Positions 45,940 to 55,136 of a DNA stretch of 64,000 nt are shown piece after piece. The DNA comes from Minisyncoccota bacterium (GTDB lineage Bacteria > Patescibacteriota > Minisyncoccia > Phycocordibacterales > JAACPR01). A program made the position numbers and the translations under genes. Location of the stretch: assembly GCA_041674225.1 (NCBI GenBank), contig JBAYWG010000003.1, positions 2,582 to 66,581 of the forward strand, written 5' to 3'. Under the pieces are notes generated by a model. The model ran no database searches. It saw only the letters and a program-made list of their open reading frames with translations, and had not been told where the DNA came from. Position 1 is the first letter of the stretch; each line of letters opens with the position of its first letter.

Positions 45940-47385
45940 TTAGTCAACATCGGCTAGGAATTCAATTTGGGTTTGGAATCCTGTGGCATGAGAAAGCACT
46001 GATGTTCCATAACTTTGGCCAGGTCCACCAGCATAATTACTTCCTGCATAATACTTAGCCGCAGCAGTATGTTCTGCTGTATAACCACCATTTGCAGCAC
46101 CTAAATCTCGTAAATAAAGCGCTGTAGCAGTGAAAGCATGTTCTGGATTCCATGGGTTTGGAGTAGAAATTCCTAGAGCTGCTGCGATTTTTGGTTCATA
46201 AGACTTCCATGTAGCTGGAATAAACTGCGAAGGTCCCATGGCTCCTCCCCAACCACCAACAGAAGCAATCGGACAAGAAAGCGGTGTAGTCTCATAATCT
46301 AATCCTAATTTTGCAGTTATTTCCTTGAAAGTAGTTTGATCATCTCTCCACGAACATGGTGAAGCTGCACCAGTACATGACTTTCCATTTGCTACGTAAT
46401 TCGCATAGTGAAGTGGTCCAGGCATAATAGCTGTGTACTTTTTAGTATCAGGATCACCCGCTCTGTTACATGTTCCTACGTTGTTTCCCAGATCAGATTC
46501 TTGTTTTAAAATCGCAAGAATTAAAGCCGGTCTCACACCTGTAGCCTTTCCAGCAACGTTCGCATATTTCACAGCGTCTCCAAAAGAAATACCAGCAGTG
46601 TCACGCAATCGGAAAAGCGCAGAACGAATTTGCGCAGCTCTCGATCTTTTTTCCGCTAGATAAGATTCCAATGTAGCTTCTGCTTGTTTTGAATATGAAA
46701 GTAAACTCGATTGATCTTTTTCCTTTGCTTGAACATTTTTCTTTTGAGCCTCAATCTCTGCTTTTACATCTTGCTCTTCAGCTTTTCTTCTTTCTAGTTT
46801 TGCTTTTTCTTCTTCTGTTAATCCACGAATATCTCTTATTTCAGCAAATAATTCTTCTAGTGAAGATTGCAAAAGATTATAAGAATCGATTGTTACAAAA
46901 AAATCAGAAAAATCTTCTTGCGACAAAATAATTTCAACTAAAGATGTATCGTCTAATTCATTTTTTCTTTTAATCAATTGTCCTAGATTGTCTTTACCTC
47001 TTTCTAGTTTTTCATTTAATTGATTTACAGTCTGGTCTCTCAAAGCAATATCTCCACTCAATGTTTTAATCTCAATATTTTTTTTATCAATAGAAAGTTG
47101 AGTTTGCTTTATTTGAGTTGTTAGTTTTGAAAGCTCAGTTTGAATTGTGGCAGATTGAGCTTTTTGTTGTTGAACAGAACCCTCTAGTGCTTTTTCTTCT
47201 TCACTAATTCTTTGATATTCATCACAAAGAGCTTTTGTATCACTATCTTCAGGATTTTTACAAACCTCTTCTACAGATTGTGCAAAAAGTAATTTGGCGG
47301 CGAAAAATAGGAAAAATAAAACTAAAATAAAAAATACGGTATAGCCGACAACAAACTTTACTAATCTAACAGACTGCTTACTCAT
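45940..47385 (-). CDS. coiled-coil protein with C-terminal lytic transglycosylase (SLT_2/MltB-like)
   Basis: Signal/TM, long heptad region, AILKQESDLG, GAMGPSQFIPATW. Confidence 0.85.
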   Translation of the reverse strand: MSKQSVRLVKFVVGYTVFFILVLFFLFFAAKLLFAQSVEEVCKNPEDSDTKALCDEYQRISEEEKALEGSVQQQKAQSATIQTELSKLTTQIKQTQLSIDKKNIEIKTLSGDIALRDQTVNQLNEKLERGKDNLGQLIKRKNELDDTSLVEIILSQEDFSDFFVTIDSYNLLQSSLEELFAEIRDIRGLTEEEKAKLERRKAEEQDVKAEIEAQKKNVQAKEKDQSSLLSYSKQAEATLESYLAEKRSRAAQIRSALFRLRDTAGISFGDAVKYANVAGKATGVRPALILAILKQESDLGNNVGTCNRAGDPDTKKYTAIMPGPLHYANYVANGKSCTGAASPCSWRDDQTTFKEITAKLGLDYETTPLSCPIASVGGWGGAMGPSQFIPATWKSYEPKIAAALGISTPNPWNPEHAFTATALYLRDLGAANGGYTAEHTAAAKYYAGSNYAGGPGQSYGTSVLSHATGFQTQIEFLADVD

Positions 47386-47414
47386 AGGTAAACATTATAC
47401 CTAAAAAATTTGAT

Positions 47415-48047
47415 TTAGGCTTCTTCTTTTTCAGACTCAGCTTTCTTTAGTTCGCTTTCTGTTTTTACTGCAGATGGATCGAATTCAACAACTGGTTCTT
47501 CCTCTTCCTCTCTTTGAGCTTGGATTAGAACAACAACTTCTTCAGGGTTTGTTAGAAGTGTAACTCCAGATGGCATTACAAGGTCGCTAACGTGAATTTG
47601 TGAGTCCATATCAACAAGGGCATCAATTGAAACTTCGATTTCATGAGGAAGATCTTTTGGCATAGCCTCGATTTCAATTTCGTGAAGTACCTTAACAACA
47701 ACTCCGCCTAGTTTTTCGGCAGCTGATTCTCCAACGAATTCCAAAGGAACATGAACAGAAACTTTCTTTCCTTTTTCAATAGCATAAAAGTCTGCGTGAA
47801 TCATATCTCCACGAACAGCGTCTTTTACAACGTCTTGGATCAAAACTTCATGAGAGTCACCATCCACAGAAAGATTTACAACTGTTGATTCTCCAGCTTC
47901 TTTCAATGTTTTTAGGAAAGCAATTGTGTTGATTTTAATAGAAATAGCTTCTTGTTTTGGACCATATACAACAGCAGGAAAAGAACCGCTTTTTCTAAGA
48001 GCTTTCAAATCTTCTTTAATATCTCGCTTTTGTGCTTCTAAAATCAT
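47415..48047 (-). CDS. rplY: 50S ribosomal protein L25/Ctc
   Basis: PAVVYG, HADFYA, VPLEFVGE..AEKLGG. Confidence 0.95.
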   Translation of the reverse strand: MILEAQKRDIKEDLKALRKSGSFPAVVYGPKQEAISIKINTIAFLKTLKEAGESTVVNLSVDGDSHEVLIQDVVKDAVRGDMIHADFYAIEKGKKVSVHVPLEFVGESAAEKLGGVVVKVLHEIEIEAMPKDLPHEIEVSIDALVDMDSQIHVSDLVMPSGVTLLTNPEEVVVLIQAQREEEEEPVVEFDPSAVKTESELKKAESEKEEA

Positions 48048-48118
48048 GCTATTTATATATTTATTAGTGGGCTTGATTATACACAGAGATTAAAAATTGG
48101 CAATATTTATTCAATTAT

Positions 48119-49774
48119 CTATTTGCCCACAATATGACTTTTCATATATTCCAAAGTACCCCCAACCTTCTTTCCTGGGTTGAAGATGTTGTTTGGATCA
48201 AAGATGTTTTTGACTTGTTGGAAGAGTTTATATATATCATCGCCAAACATTTGTCGCACATAAGGAGTACGAATAATACCGTCGTTGTGCTCTGCGGTAA
48301 TTGTTCCACCAAATTCATGGACTAGCTTGTAGACCTCATCAGAAACTATTGGGATTTTAGCTCTTTCACTTTCTTTCTTTAAATTCATCAGGGGAATAAT
48401 ATGCAGATTCCCTTCTCCTGCATGACCGACGATATTAACTGCGATTTTATTTTTATTAAGTATTTTAAGAAGTTTAGGGAGAAATTGAGGTAATTTTTCT
48501 GGTAAAACACACACATCATCTATAAAAGGAGCGGTTTGTTTATCTTTTACTTTTTCTCGAAGGAGATTAAAACTCTCTCGACGCATAGTCCAATATTTTT
48601 CAGCTTCTTCTATATCGGCAATAACTCGATAATGAAGAGCGTCGCCTTTTAGCGCTTCTACAACTTGTTCTACTTTTCTGTCAGCTTCTTTGTCTGTGCT
48701 TTCGGCAATTTCTACCAACACAATCAATTTTGGTAATCCACCCAATTTCAGACTAATAATAAACTCCGGCCAAAATTTAAATAAAAATTTAATAAAATTT
48801 GTTCCAGTCTTTTTTGCAATCTCTGGCATAAAACGAATACCCAGTTTCAAAGTCACATCATCAAAAGTCTCCATACTTTGCGCACCGATTGGTAAAAGTT
48901 TATTTACAGTTTTTGGTAGGTCGTCCCAATTTTTAAAGAAAAGTGTCACAAGTCTTTTGTGTTCTTTCATTTCTATCACTCGTATTTCTGCAGAAGTCAT
49001 CAACCCAAGAGTACCTTGAGATCCTGTGAAGAGTTGAGTTAGATCGAATGTTCCAGCTTCTTTGTCGTACACATCCCATAGAGCATACCCCGAACTGTTT
49101 TTTGTAGTTTTTGGTTTTGCAGATTTAATCAAATCGTAATTTTTATCAATCAAATCAAAGGTTCTTCGATAAATTTCACCTTCAAAATCTTGTCGACGCA
49201 TTTTATCTTCCAGCTCAAGCATAGAAAGTTTTTGGAAATTATATTCATGACCGTTTGCTAAAATCATATTTAGTTTTTCGACAAAATTTCTCATTTGTCC
49301 GTATCTCAAACTGTTCTCACTTCCACAGTTGTTCATAATCATTCCTCCAAGTGCGGCGATTCCTTTTGAAGCTGGATAAACTGGCATTGAAACATGCTCA
49401 GGTAGAGTAATTTTTTCAAAGTCTCGATAATAAACTCCGGGTTCCACAACTGCACGCAAAGTTTCTAAATCAACTTCTTGATGATTGAAATATTTTGTGA
49501 AATCTAAAATAATTCCCTCACCTATTGCTCCTCCTGACATATCTGTACCTGCAGATCTAGCTGTAATTGAAAGGTTTGGAAAATCATTTTTACTTTGCAA
49601 AGTAAAATTTACAATTTTCTCTAAATCTTTTTCATTTTTTGGAAAAACTACAACTTGCGGTCGAACTTGAAAAAGACTCGCGTCACGACTATATTTTTCT
49701 AAAGTTTGAGAATCAACAAGAACATCACCTTGAATAATTTCTTTCAACCTATCAGCTAAAATTTTTGATGACAT
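48119..49774 (-). CDS. FAD-binding oxidoreductase (GlcD/D-lactate dehydrogenase-like)
   Basis: YSRDAS, RSAGTDMSG, GSQGTLG, GHAGEGNLH, TAEHNDG, FDPNNIFNPGK. Confidence 0.88.
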   Translation of the reverse strand: MSSKILADRLKEIIQGDVLVDSQTLEKYSRDASLFQVRPQVVVFPKNEKDLEKIVNFTLQSKNDFPNLSITARSAGTDMSGGAIGEGIILDFTKYFNHQEVDLETLRAVVEPGVYYRDFEKITLPEHVSMPVYPASKGIAALGGMIMNNCGSENSLRYGQMRNFVEKLNMILANGHEYNFQKLSMLELEDKMRRQDFEGEIYRRTFDLIDKNYDLIKSAKPKTTKNSSGYALWDVYDKEAGTFDLTQLFTGSQGTLGLMTSAEIRVIEMKEHKRLVTLFFKNWDDLPKTVNKLLPIGAQSMETFDDVTLKLGIRFMPEIAKKTGTNFIKFLFKFWPEFIISLKLGGLPKLIVLVEIAESTDKEADRKVEQVVEALKGDALHYRVIADIEEAEKYWTMRRESFNLLREKVKDKQTAPFIDDVCVLPEKLPQFLPKLLKILNKNKIAVNIVGHAGEGNLHIIPLMNLKKESERAKIPIVSDEVYKLVHEFGGTITAEHNDGIIRTPYVRQMFGDDIYKLFQQVKNIFDPNNIFNPGKKVGGTLEYMKSHIVGK

Positions 49775-49776
49775 TT

Positions 49777-50646
49777 TTATTTTATAAAATTAAACAACTC
49801 TAACCGATCTCTTACAGATTCTTTTATTGCATCAACTGTTGGTTGCAAAAATTTATACGGAGCGATTTCTTTCTTTTGTTCTTTTAGTGCTTTTTTCAGA
49901 GCTTCTTTGAAAGCTATTCTGATTTCAGTATTGATATGTATAGTCGAAATACCAGCTTTAATTGCATCTTGAAAATCTGCGTCCGAAGTACCAGAACCTC
50001 CATGAAGTACCAAAGGAACTCCGCAAGCTTGTCGGATTTCAGAAATTCTTTCGATGTTTAATTTAGGATTTTTTCCTTTACTCAACATTCCGTGCATATT
50101 TCCAACAGCTGGTGCTAAGAGATCTACACCTGTTTCTTTTACAAATCTTTTTGCTTCTTCTGGGGTTGTAAGAAACTTTTCATCTGTTGCTACACCATCT
50201 GGAACTTTATCTAAAATTTTTGAAGATTGTCCGATGTTTCCAAGCTCAGCTTCGACCAAAACATCACGTCCAGAAGCTCGCGCATAACGAACACATTCTC
50301 TTGTGGCGATAATATTGTCTTCATATGAAAGTTTTACTCCATCAAAAATTACCGCATCGAATCCTGCATCAATCGCTTTTTTAACACCTTCAACACTGTA
50401 CGTGTGATCAGCATTTAGAAATACCGGTTGGTTGTATTTTTCTCGATAGACTTGCACTAGCGCCGCCGCTTCGTGAATTCCGACGAACTCCCTTTCTCCT
50501 TCTGAAACCCCGATAATCACTGGCAGCTTAAGCTCACGCGCGGCGGCGCACACTCCATGCAAAGCCTCCAAGTTTGAAATATTAAAATGTCCCACAGCAA
50601 TTCCCTTTCTTTCAGCATCAGCAACATAATCTCGCAATTTATTCAT
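49777..50646 (-). CDS. fba: class II fructose-bisphosphate aldolase
   Basis: AVGHFN, VEAELG, AVGNMHG, PLVLHGGSG, INTE. Confidence 0.92.
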   Translation of the reverse strand: MNKLRDYVADAERKGIAVGHFNISNLEALHGVCAAARELKLPVIIGVSEGEREFVGIHEAAALVQVYREKYNQPVFLNADHTYSVEGVKKAIDAGFDAVIFDGVKLSYEDNIIATRECVRYARASGRDVLVEAELGNIGQSSKILDKVPDGVATDEKFLTTPEEAKRFVKETGVDLLAPAVGNMHGMLSKGKNPKLNIERISEIRQACGVPLVLHGGSGTSDADFQDAIKAGISTIHINTEIRIAFKEALKKALKEQKKEIAPYKFLQPTVDAIKESVRDRLELFNFIK

Positions 50647-50705
50647 AAAAAATATTTTATCACATTAAATAAAATAAAAGTTAAAAAGTTTGTTATAATT
50701 TTTTT

Positions 50706-51707
50706 ATGAATAATGAAAACCGAATTGATTTTTTAGCGATTGGAGATATTGTCACCGACGCTTTTATAGAATTACAAGACGCCTGGATTGAAAATGATAA
50801 TCCAGAAAAAAACAAAGAACTCTGCATGAAATTTGGAGATAAACTACCATACAAAAATGTTGACGTTATTGCAGCTGTTGGAAATAGTCCAAACGCAGCG
50901 GTTTCTGCTCATAGACTTGGTTTAAAAACTGCACTACTAACAGATGTAGGAGATGACTTTTTTGGAAATGAACAAATTCAAACTTTGAAATCAAATGGAA
51001 TCGACACGCAATTTGTAACTCAACACAAAGGTTTAGCTTCAAACTATCATTATGTTTTAAGATTTGGACCAGAGCGAACAATTCTCGTAAAGCACACAGA
51101 ATTTCCTTATAAATTTCCTAAAATTGAACCTGCTCCAAGATTTATTTATCTTTCTTCGCTCGGAGAAAACTCTCTTCCCTATCATGGAGAAATTGCGAGG
51201 TATCTAAAAGAACATCCGGAAACAAAACTAGCCTTCCAACCTGGAACTTTTCAAATGAAATTAGGAAAAGATACTTTGAAAGATCTTTATGAACTTTCTT
51301 ATCTTTTTTTCTGCAACAAAGAAGAAGCTCAAAAGATTCTAGATACAAAAGAATCTGATATAAAAAATCTTTTGAAAATGATGCGCGATATCGGTCCAAA
51401 AATTGTCATTATTACAGACGGTCCAAATGGTTCTTATGTTTATGATGGTCAGGAATACTGGTTTATCCCAATGTATCCAGATCCATCTCCGCCAGTAGAC
51501 AGAACAGGTGCGGGAGATTCATTTTCTTCAACTTTTACATCGGCAATTGCATTAGGAAAAAAGATTCCAGAAGCATTATCTTGGGGTCCAATTAATTCAA
51601 TGTCGGTTGTACAACACGTTGGAGCACAAAAAGGTTTATTACATAAAGATAAACTAGACTTATTTTTACGTGATGCACCAAAAAGTTTTACACCTCAGAA
51701 AATTTAA
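50706..51707 (+). CDS. PfkB-family carbohydrate kinase
   Basis: GNSPNAAV, NKEEA, DRTGAGDSF. Confidence 0.92.
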   Translation: MNNENRIDFLAIGDIVTDAFIELQDAWIENDNPEKNKELCMKFGDKLPYKNVDVIAAVGNSPNAAVSAHRLGLKTALLTDVGDDFFGNEQIQTLKSNGIDTQFVTQHKGLASNYHYVLRFGPERTILVKHTEFPYKFPKIEPAPRFIYLSSLGENSLPYHGEIARYLKEHPETKLAFQPGTFQMKLGKDTLKDLYELSYLFFCNKEEAQKILDTKESDIKNLLKMMRDIGPKIVIITDGPNGSYVYDGQEYWFIPMYPDPSPPVDRTGAGDSFSSTFTSAIALGKKIPEALSWGPINSMSVVQHVGAQKGLLHKDKLDLFLRDAPKSFTPQKI

Positions 51708-51736
51708 AAACTCTAAAAAAGATATATACTAAAGTC

Positions 51737-52054
51737 ATGCCGGACGAAGATATTCAATTTGAAGAAGAATATGGAGATTCTAAATTTCATATTCGATCAA
51801 GAAAACTATTAGGAGAACCAACAACTCCTGCAATGGTTAATTTTTTGATTAGCAAAAGAGTTGCTAAAGACGAAAAGCAGGCTTTAATTATTTTAATTTC
51901 AGCTATTGTAGTTTTTTTGGGTTTAAGTATTTTTATCATCGATAAATCAATAAATAACGATGAGGAATTAATTATTGTAAACAAATACGGACAACAAATT
52001 CCATTTAATGAATATGTAGAAATGTTAAACCAAGGTGGTGAACCAATCAGATAA
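51737..52054 (+). CDS. hypothetical single-TM protein
   Basis: TATACT 6 nt upstream of ATG; one TM. Confidence 0.65.
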   Translation: MPDEDIQFEEEYGDSKFHIRSRKLLGEPTTPAMVNFLISKRVAKDEKQALIILISAIVVFLGLSIFIIDKSINNDEELIIVNKYGQQIPFNEYVEMLNQGGEPIR

Positions 52055-52055
52055 T

Positions 52056-52613
52056 ATGAAAAAAAATAACTTACAAAAAGGATTTACATTAATTGAACTA
52101 CTAATGGTAGTTTCGATTATTGCTTTGTTATCTTCAGTTGTTGTGGCTGGACTTACAGATGCGCGAGGCGGTGCAAAAAACAATAAAAGAAACGAACTAG
52201 CACGACAATACGTAACAGCGTTTGGTTTATATCACGGCGAATATGGTTATTACCCTAAACAATACACAGACGATACTGCAGACAATATGGATCTAATTTG
52301 TTTGGGTTCTGGTTATCCAACTTTGCCAGGTGGAGGAAATTGTTACGTAGAAGGGCCTCATAGTCAAAACACAAACGTGAATACTGCAATAAGTGAATTT
52401 GCACCTGGGACTCCACCGAGTTTAGAGAAAACAGTTGTCGCCGGGCAAGAATATTTTGGAATTTCTTACAGATGTTTAGATGACGCGTGTACACAATATG
52501 AATTGAATTGGATCGTTGAAGGTAGTGGAAGTTCTGCAAATTGTTTTGGTGGAGCCACAAAAATAGAACTTGGGAATATAGGACTATGTACCTACGACAC
52601 AACAGGAAGTTAA
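52056..52613 (+). CDS. type IV pilin-like protein
   Basis: MKKNNLQKG|FTLIELLMVVSIIALLSSVV prepilin motif; Cys-rich C-domain. Confidence 0.92.
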   Translation: MKKNNLQKGFTLIELLMVVSIIALLSSVVVAGLTDARGGAKNNKRNELARQYVTAFGLYHGEYGYYPKQYTDDTADNMDLICLGSGYPTLPGGGNCYVEGPHSQNTNVNTAISEFAPGTPPSLEKTVVAGQEYFGISYRCLDDACTQYELNWIVEGSGSSANCFGGATKIELGNIGLCTYDTTGS

Positions 52614-53239
52614 GCAGAAGTAATTAATCTAATTGAAATAGTTTGAATATTTTCTTTCTTTGAAGAAGTAATTTTATTTTTTGATTTTTTCAAAAATAAT
52701 TCAGCCAATTGATATCCCGGCGTGTCAGAAATTTTATTTTGATTCTTTTGATCAAACACAACCTTAAAAGTAATCACAATATCGCCACCTTCTTTTTTAA
52801 TTAGAGCATCTATATTCCCTTTTTCCAATCCCAGTAAAATTTCTTGAGATAAAATTGAAAGAGCTTGCACAAAAAACTTTTTATTTGTGATTACATTACT
52901 AGTGTTTTGCCCAGTTAAAGAAAAGTCTATCTTTCGAGTTTTGGCTAAACGAATAAATTTACCCAACGCTTCGTATGTAGTAGTCATCACAGGCACAGAC
53001 TCTAATTTTATTTTTTGATTTTTACTTTCAATTTCGTATGCAAGCAGAAGTGATTGTGTCGTAACTAATATTCTCTCAGATGATCTTTCAATTTTATTAA
53101 TATTTTGAATTGCCTCTTTTGATAATTCACCAGAATTTTTTAATATTGCAGAATATCCTTGAATAAAAGTAACAGGGGTCAGAATATCTTTTTCCAACCT
53201 ATTTAAAAGATCTATTTCTTTTTTATTTTTTCTAATCAT
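52610..53239 (-). CDS. degenerate histidine-kinase-like protein (phospho-His absent)
   Basis: LEKDILTPVTFIQGYSAIL resembles the H-box HELRTPLxxIxGY without His; N and G boxes eroded. Confidence 0.6.
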   Translation of the reverse strand: MIRKNKKEIDLLNRLEKDILTPVTFIQGYSAILKNSGELSKEAIQNINKIERSSERILVTTQSLLLAYEIESKNQKIKLESVPVMTTTYEALGKFIRLAKTRKIDFSLTGQNTSNVITNKKFFVQALSILSQEILLGLEKGNIDALIKKEGGDIVITFKVVFDQKNQNKISDTPGYQLAELFLKKSKNKITSSKKENIQTISIRLITSA

Positions 53240-54233
53240 GTTTTCTTCTCAGTACGTTATTTACTGCATTATAAATAGAATCTTCACCCATTCCGTAATG
53301 TTCAATTAGCTGTTGAGGTTTTCCAGATTGACCAAACACATCATTCACGCCAACAAAATCCATCGGTACAGGAAATGTTTGTGCTAAAAATTCTGCCACA
53401 GCGCTTCCCATTCCCCCAGCAATTTGGTGTTCTTCCACTGTCACTGCTGCTTTTGTTTCTTTGACCGCTTCTAAAATTGTTTTTTTATCTAGTGGTTTTA
53501 TTGTAGAAAGATTTATAACTATCACACCAACTCCTTCTGCTTCAAATTTCTGAGCAACTCTCAAAGCATTAAAAACCAATGCACCGGTTGCAATTATTGT
53601 TACTGAATTTTTTGTTTTTGAAGATTCAAAAAGTCTTGATGCTTTACCAATTTCAAAAGGAGTTTCTTCTGTTGTGATTAGAGGTGTCGCTTCACGTGCC
53701 AATCGAATGTAAACAGGTTTATCATTTCCCGCAGCAGCCAGTGTAGCTTTTTTTGCTTCCACAGAATCACAAGGAGAAATTACAATCATATTCGGAATAA
53801 CACGCATCAGCGCAATATCTTCAACAGCTTGATGAGTTCCTCCATCTGGTCCAACCGAAATTCCAGCGTGTGATCCTGCAATTTTTACAGGAACATCGTT
53901 GTAACAAATAGTTGTGCGAATTTGTTCCCAATTTCTTCCCGGACTAAACATTGCGTAGCTAGAGATAAAAGGAATCTTTCCCATCGCCGCCATTCCAGAT
54001 GCAACTGATGCAAGATTTTGTTCTGCTACTCCAACTTCGAAAAATCTTTTTGGAAATTCTTTTGCAAAATCCTCCATCTTTGTTGATTCAACTAAGTCCG
54101 CACACAAACCAACAACTCTTTCATCTTTCTTTGCAGCTTCAAGTAATCCCAAACCAAAGCCGACACGAATTGCCACACTTTCGTTTTTTTCATCAAAGAT
54201 ATCTTTTCTTAATTTTTGCTCAGTGATTAACAT
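53232..54233 (-). CDS. transketolase, C-terminal subunit
   Basis: GVAEQNL, GPDGGTHQ, PVYIRL, VTVEEH. Confidence 0.95.
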   Translation of the reverse strand: MLITEQKLRKDIFDEKNESVAIRVGFGLGLLEAAKKDERVVGLCADLVESTKMEDFAKEFPKRFFEVGVAEQNLASVASGMAAMGKIPFISSYAMFSPGRNWEQIRTTICYNDVPVKIAGSHAGISVGPDGGTHQAVEDIALMRVIPNMIVISPCDSVEAKKATLAAAGNDKPVYIRLAREATPLITTEETPFEIGKASRLFESSKTKNSVTIIATGALVFNALRVAQKFEAEGVGVIVINLSTIKPLDKKTILEAVKETKAAVTVEEHQIAGGMGSAVAEFLAQTFPVPMDFVGVNDVFGQSGKPQQLIEHYGMGEDSIYNAVNNVLRRKHD

Positions 54234-54235
54234 AA

Positions 54236-55132
54236 TTATTTATCTCCACATTTTATTTTTCCTCCCAAACTTCTCAATTCATCTATAGCTTTTGCATTCT
54301 GTTCATCTTTTTTATAAAAATCTTCCGGACCCTTTCCAGGAGGAACTCCGTGCCAACGATAATCTCGCTCCATAAATGGCACACCTTTTCCAGGAATTGT
54401 GTGAGCAATGATTACAGACGGCATATCATAAACAGCTTTCGCTTGATTAATAGAATCAGAAATTGCTTCAAAATTGTGACCATCGATTTCTTGCACATGA
54501 AAATTAAATGCTTCAAACTTTTTTCTCAAAGAGTTCAGTGGCATTATGTCTTCTGTAAAACCATCAATCTGAATATTATTTCTATCTACGATTACAATTA
54601 GGTTATGAACTTTTTCTTTCGATGCCATCATTATTGCTTCCCAATTTTGTCCCTCATTTAATTCTCCATCACCAGTCAAACAAAAGAAAAACTTTCTAGA
54701 TTGTTTTCCATAATCAATTCTATCGGCCAGCGCCATTCCAAGAGCTTGTGAAAGCCCAGAACCAAGTGGACCTGAACTATTTTCCAGCATCGGGAGAAAT
54801 TCTCGGTGAGGATGTCCTTGTAAGCGAGAACCGAATTGTCGGAGTGTCTCTAACTCTTCTAAAGGAAAGTACCCTGCATGCGCCATCGTAGCGTAAAGCA
54901 CAGGACAAATGTGACCATTCGAAAGAATTAGACGATCTCTATCAGTCCACTTTGGATTTTTAGGATCATGAGACATTCCGCCAAAGTATAAATATGTAAA
55001 AATATCTGCCATTCCAAGTGGTCCTGCAGTGTGGCCAGACCCCGCAGACACAAGCATTGCTATGATTGATTGCCGAATTCGATTAGCTGTTTGTTCTAGT
55101 TCGCAAATTTTATCATCAGAAAGATTACTCAT
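54236..55132 (-). CDS. transketolase, N-terminal subunit
   Basis: GSGH, DRLILSNGH, LQGHP, GDGELNEGQNWE...DRN TPP motif. Confidence 0.95.
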   Translation of the reverse strand: MSNLSDDKICELEQTANRIRQSIIAMLVSAGSGHTAGPLGMADIFTYLYFGGMSHDPKNPKWTDRDRLILSNGHICPVLYATMAHAGYFPLEELETLRQFGSRLQGHPHREFLPMLENSSGPLGSGLSQALGMALADRIDYGKQSRKFFFCLTGDGELNEGQNWEAIMMASKEKVHNLIVIVDRNNIQIDGFTEDIMPLNSLRKKFEAFNFHVQEIDGHNFEAISDSINQAKAVYDMPSVIIAHTIPGKGVPFMERDYRWHGVPPGKGPEDFYKKDEQNAKAIDELRSLGGKIKCGDK

Positions 55133-55136
55133 GTAT

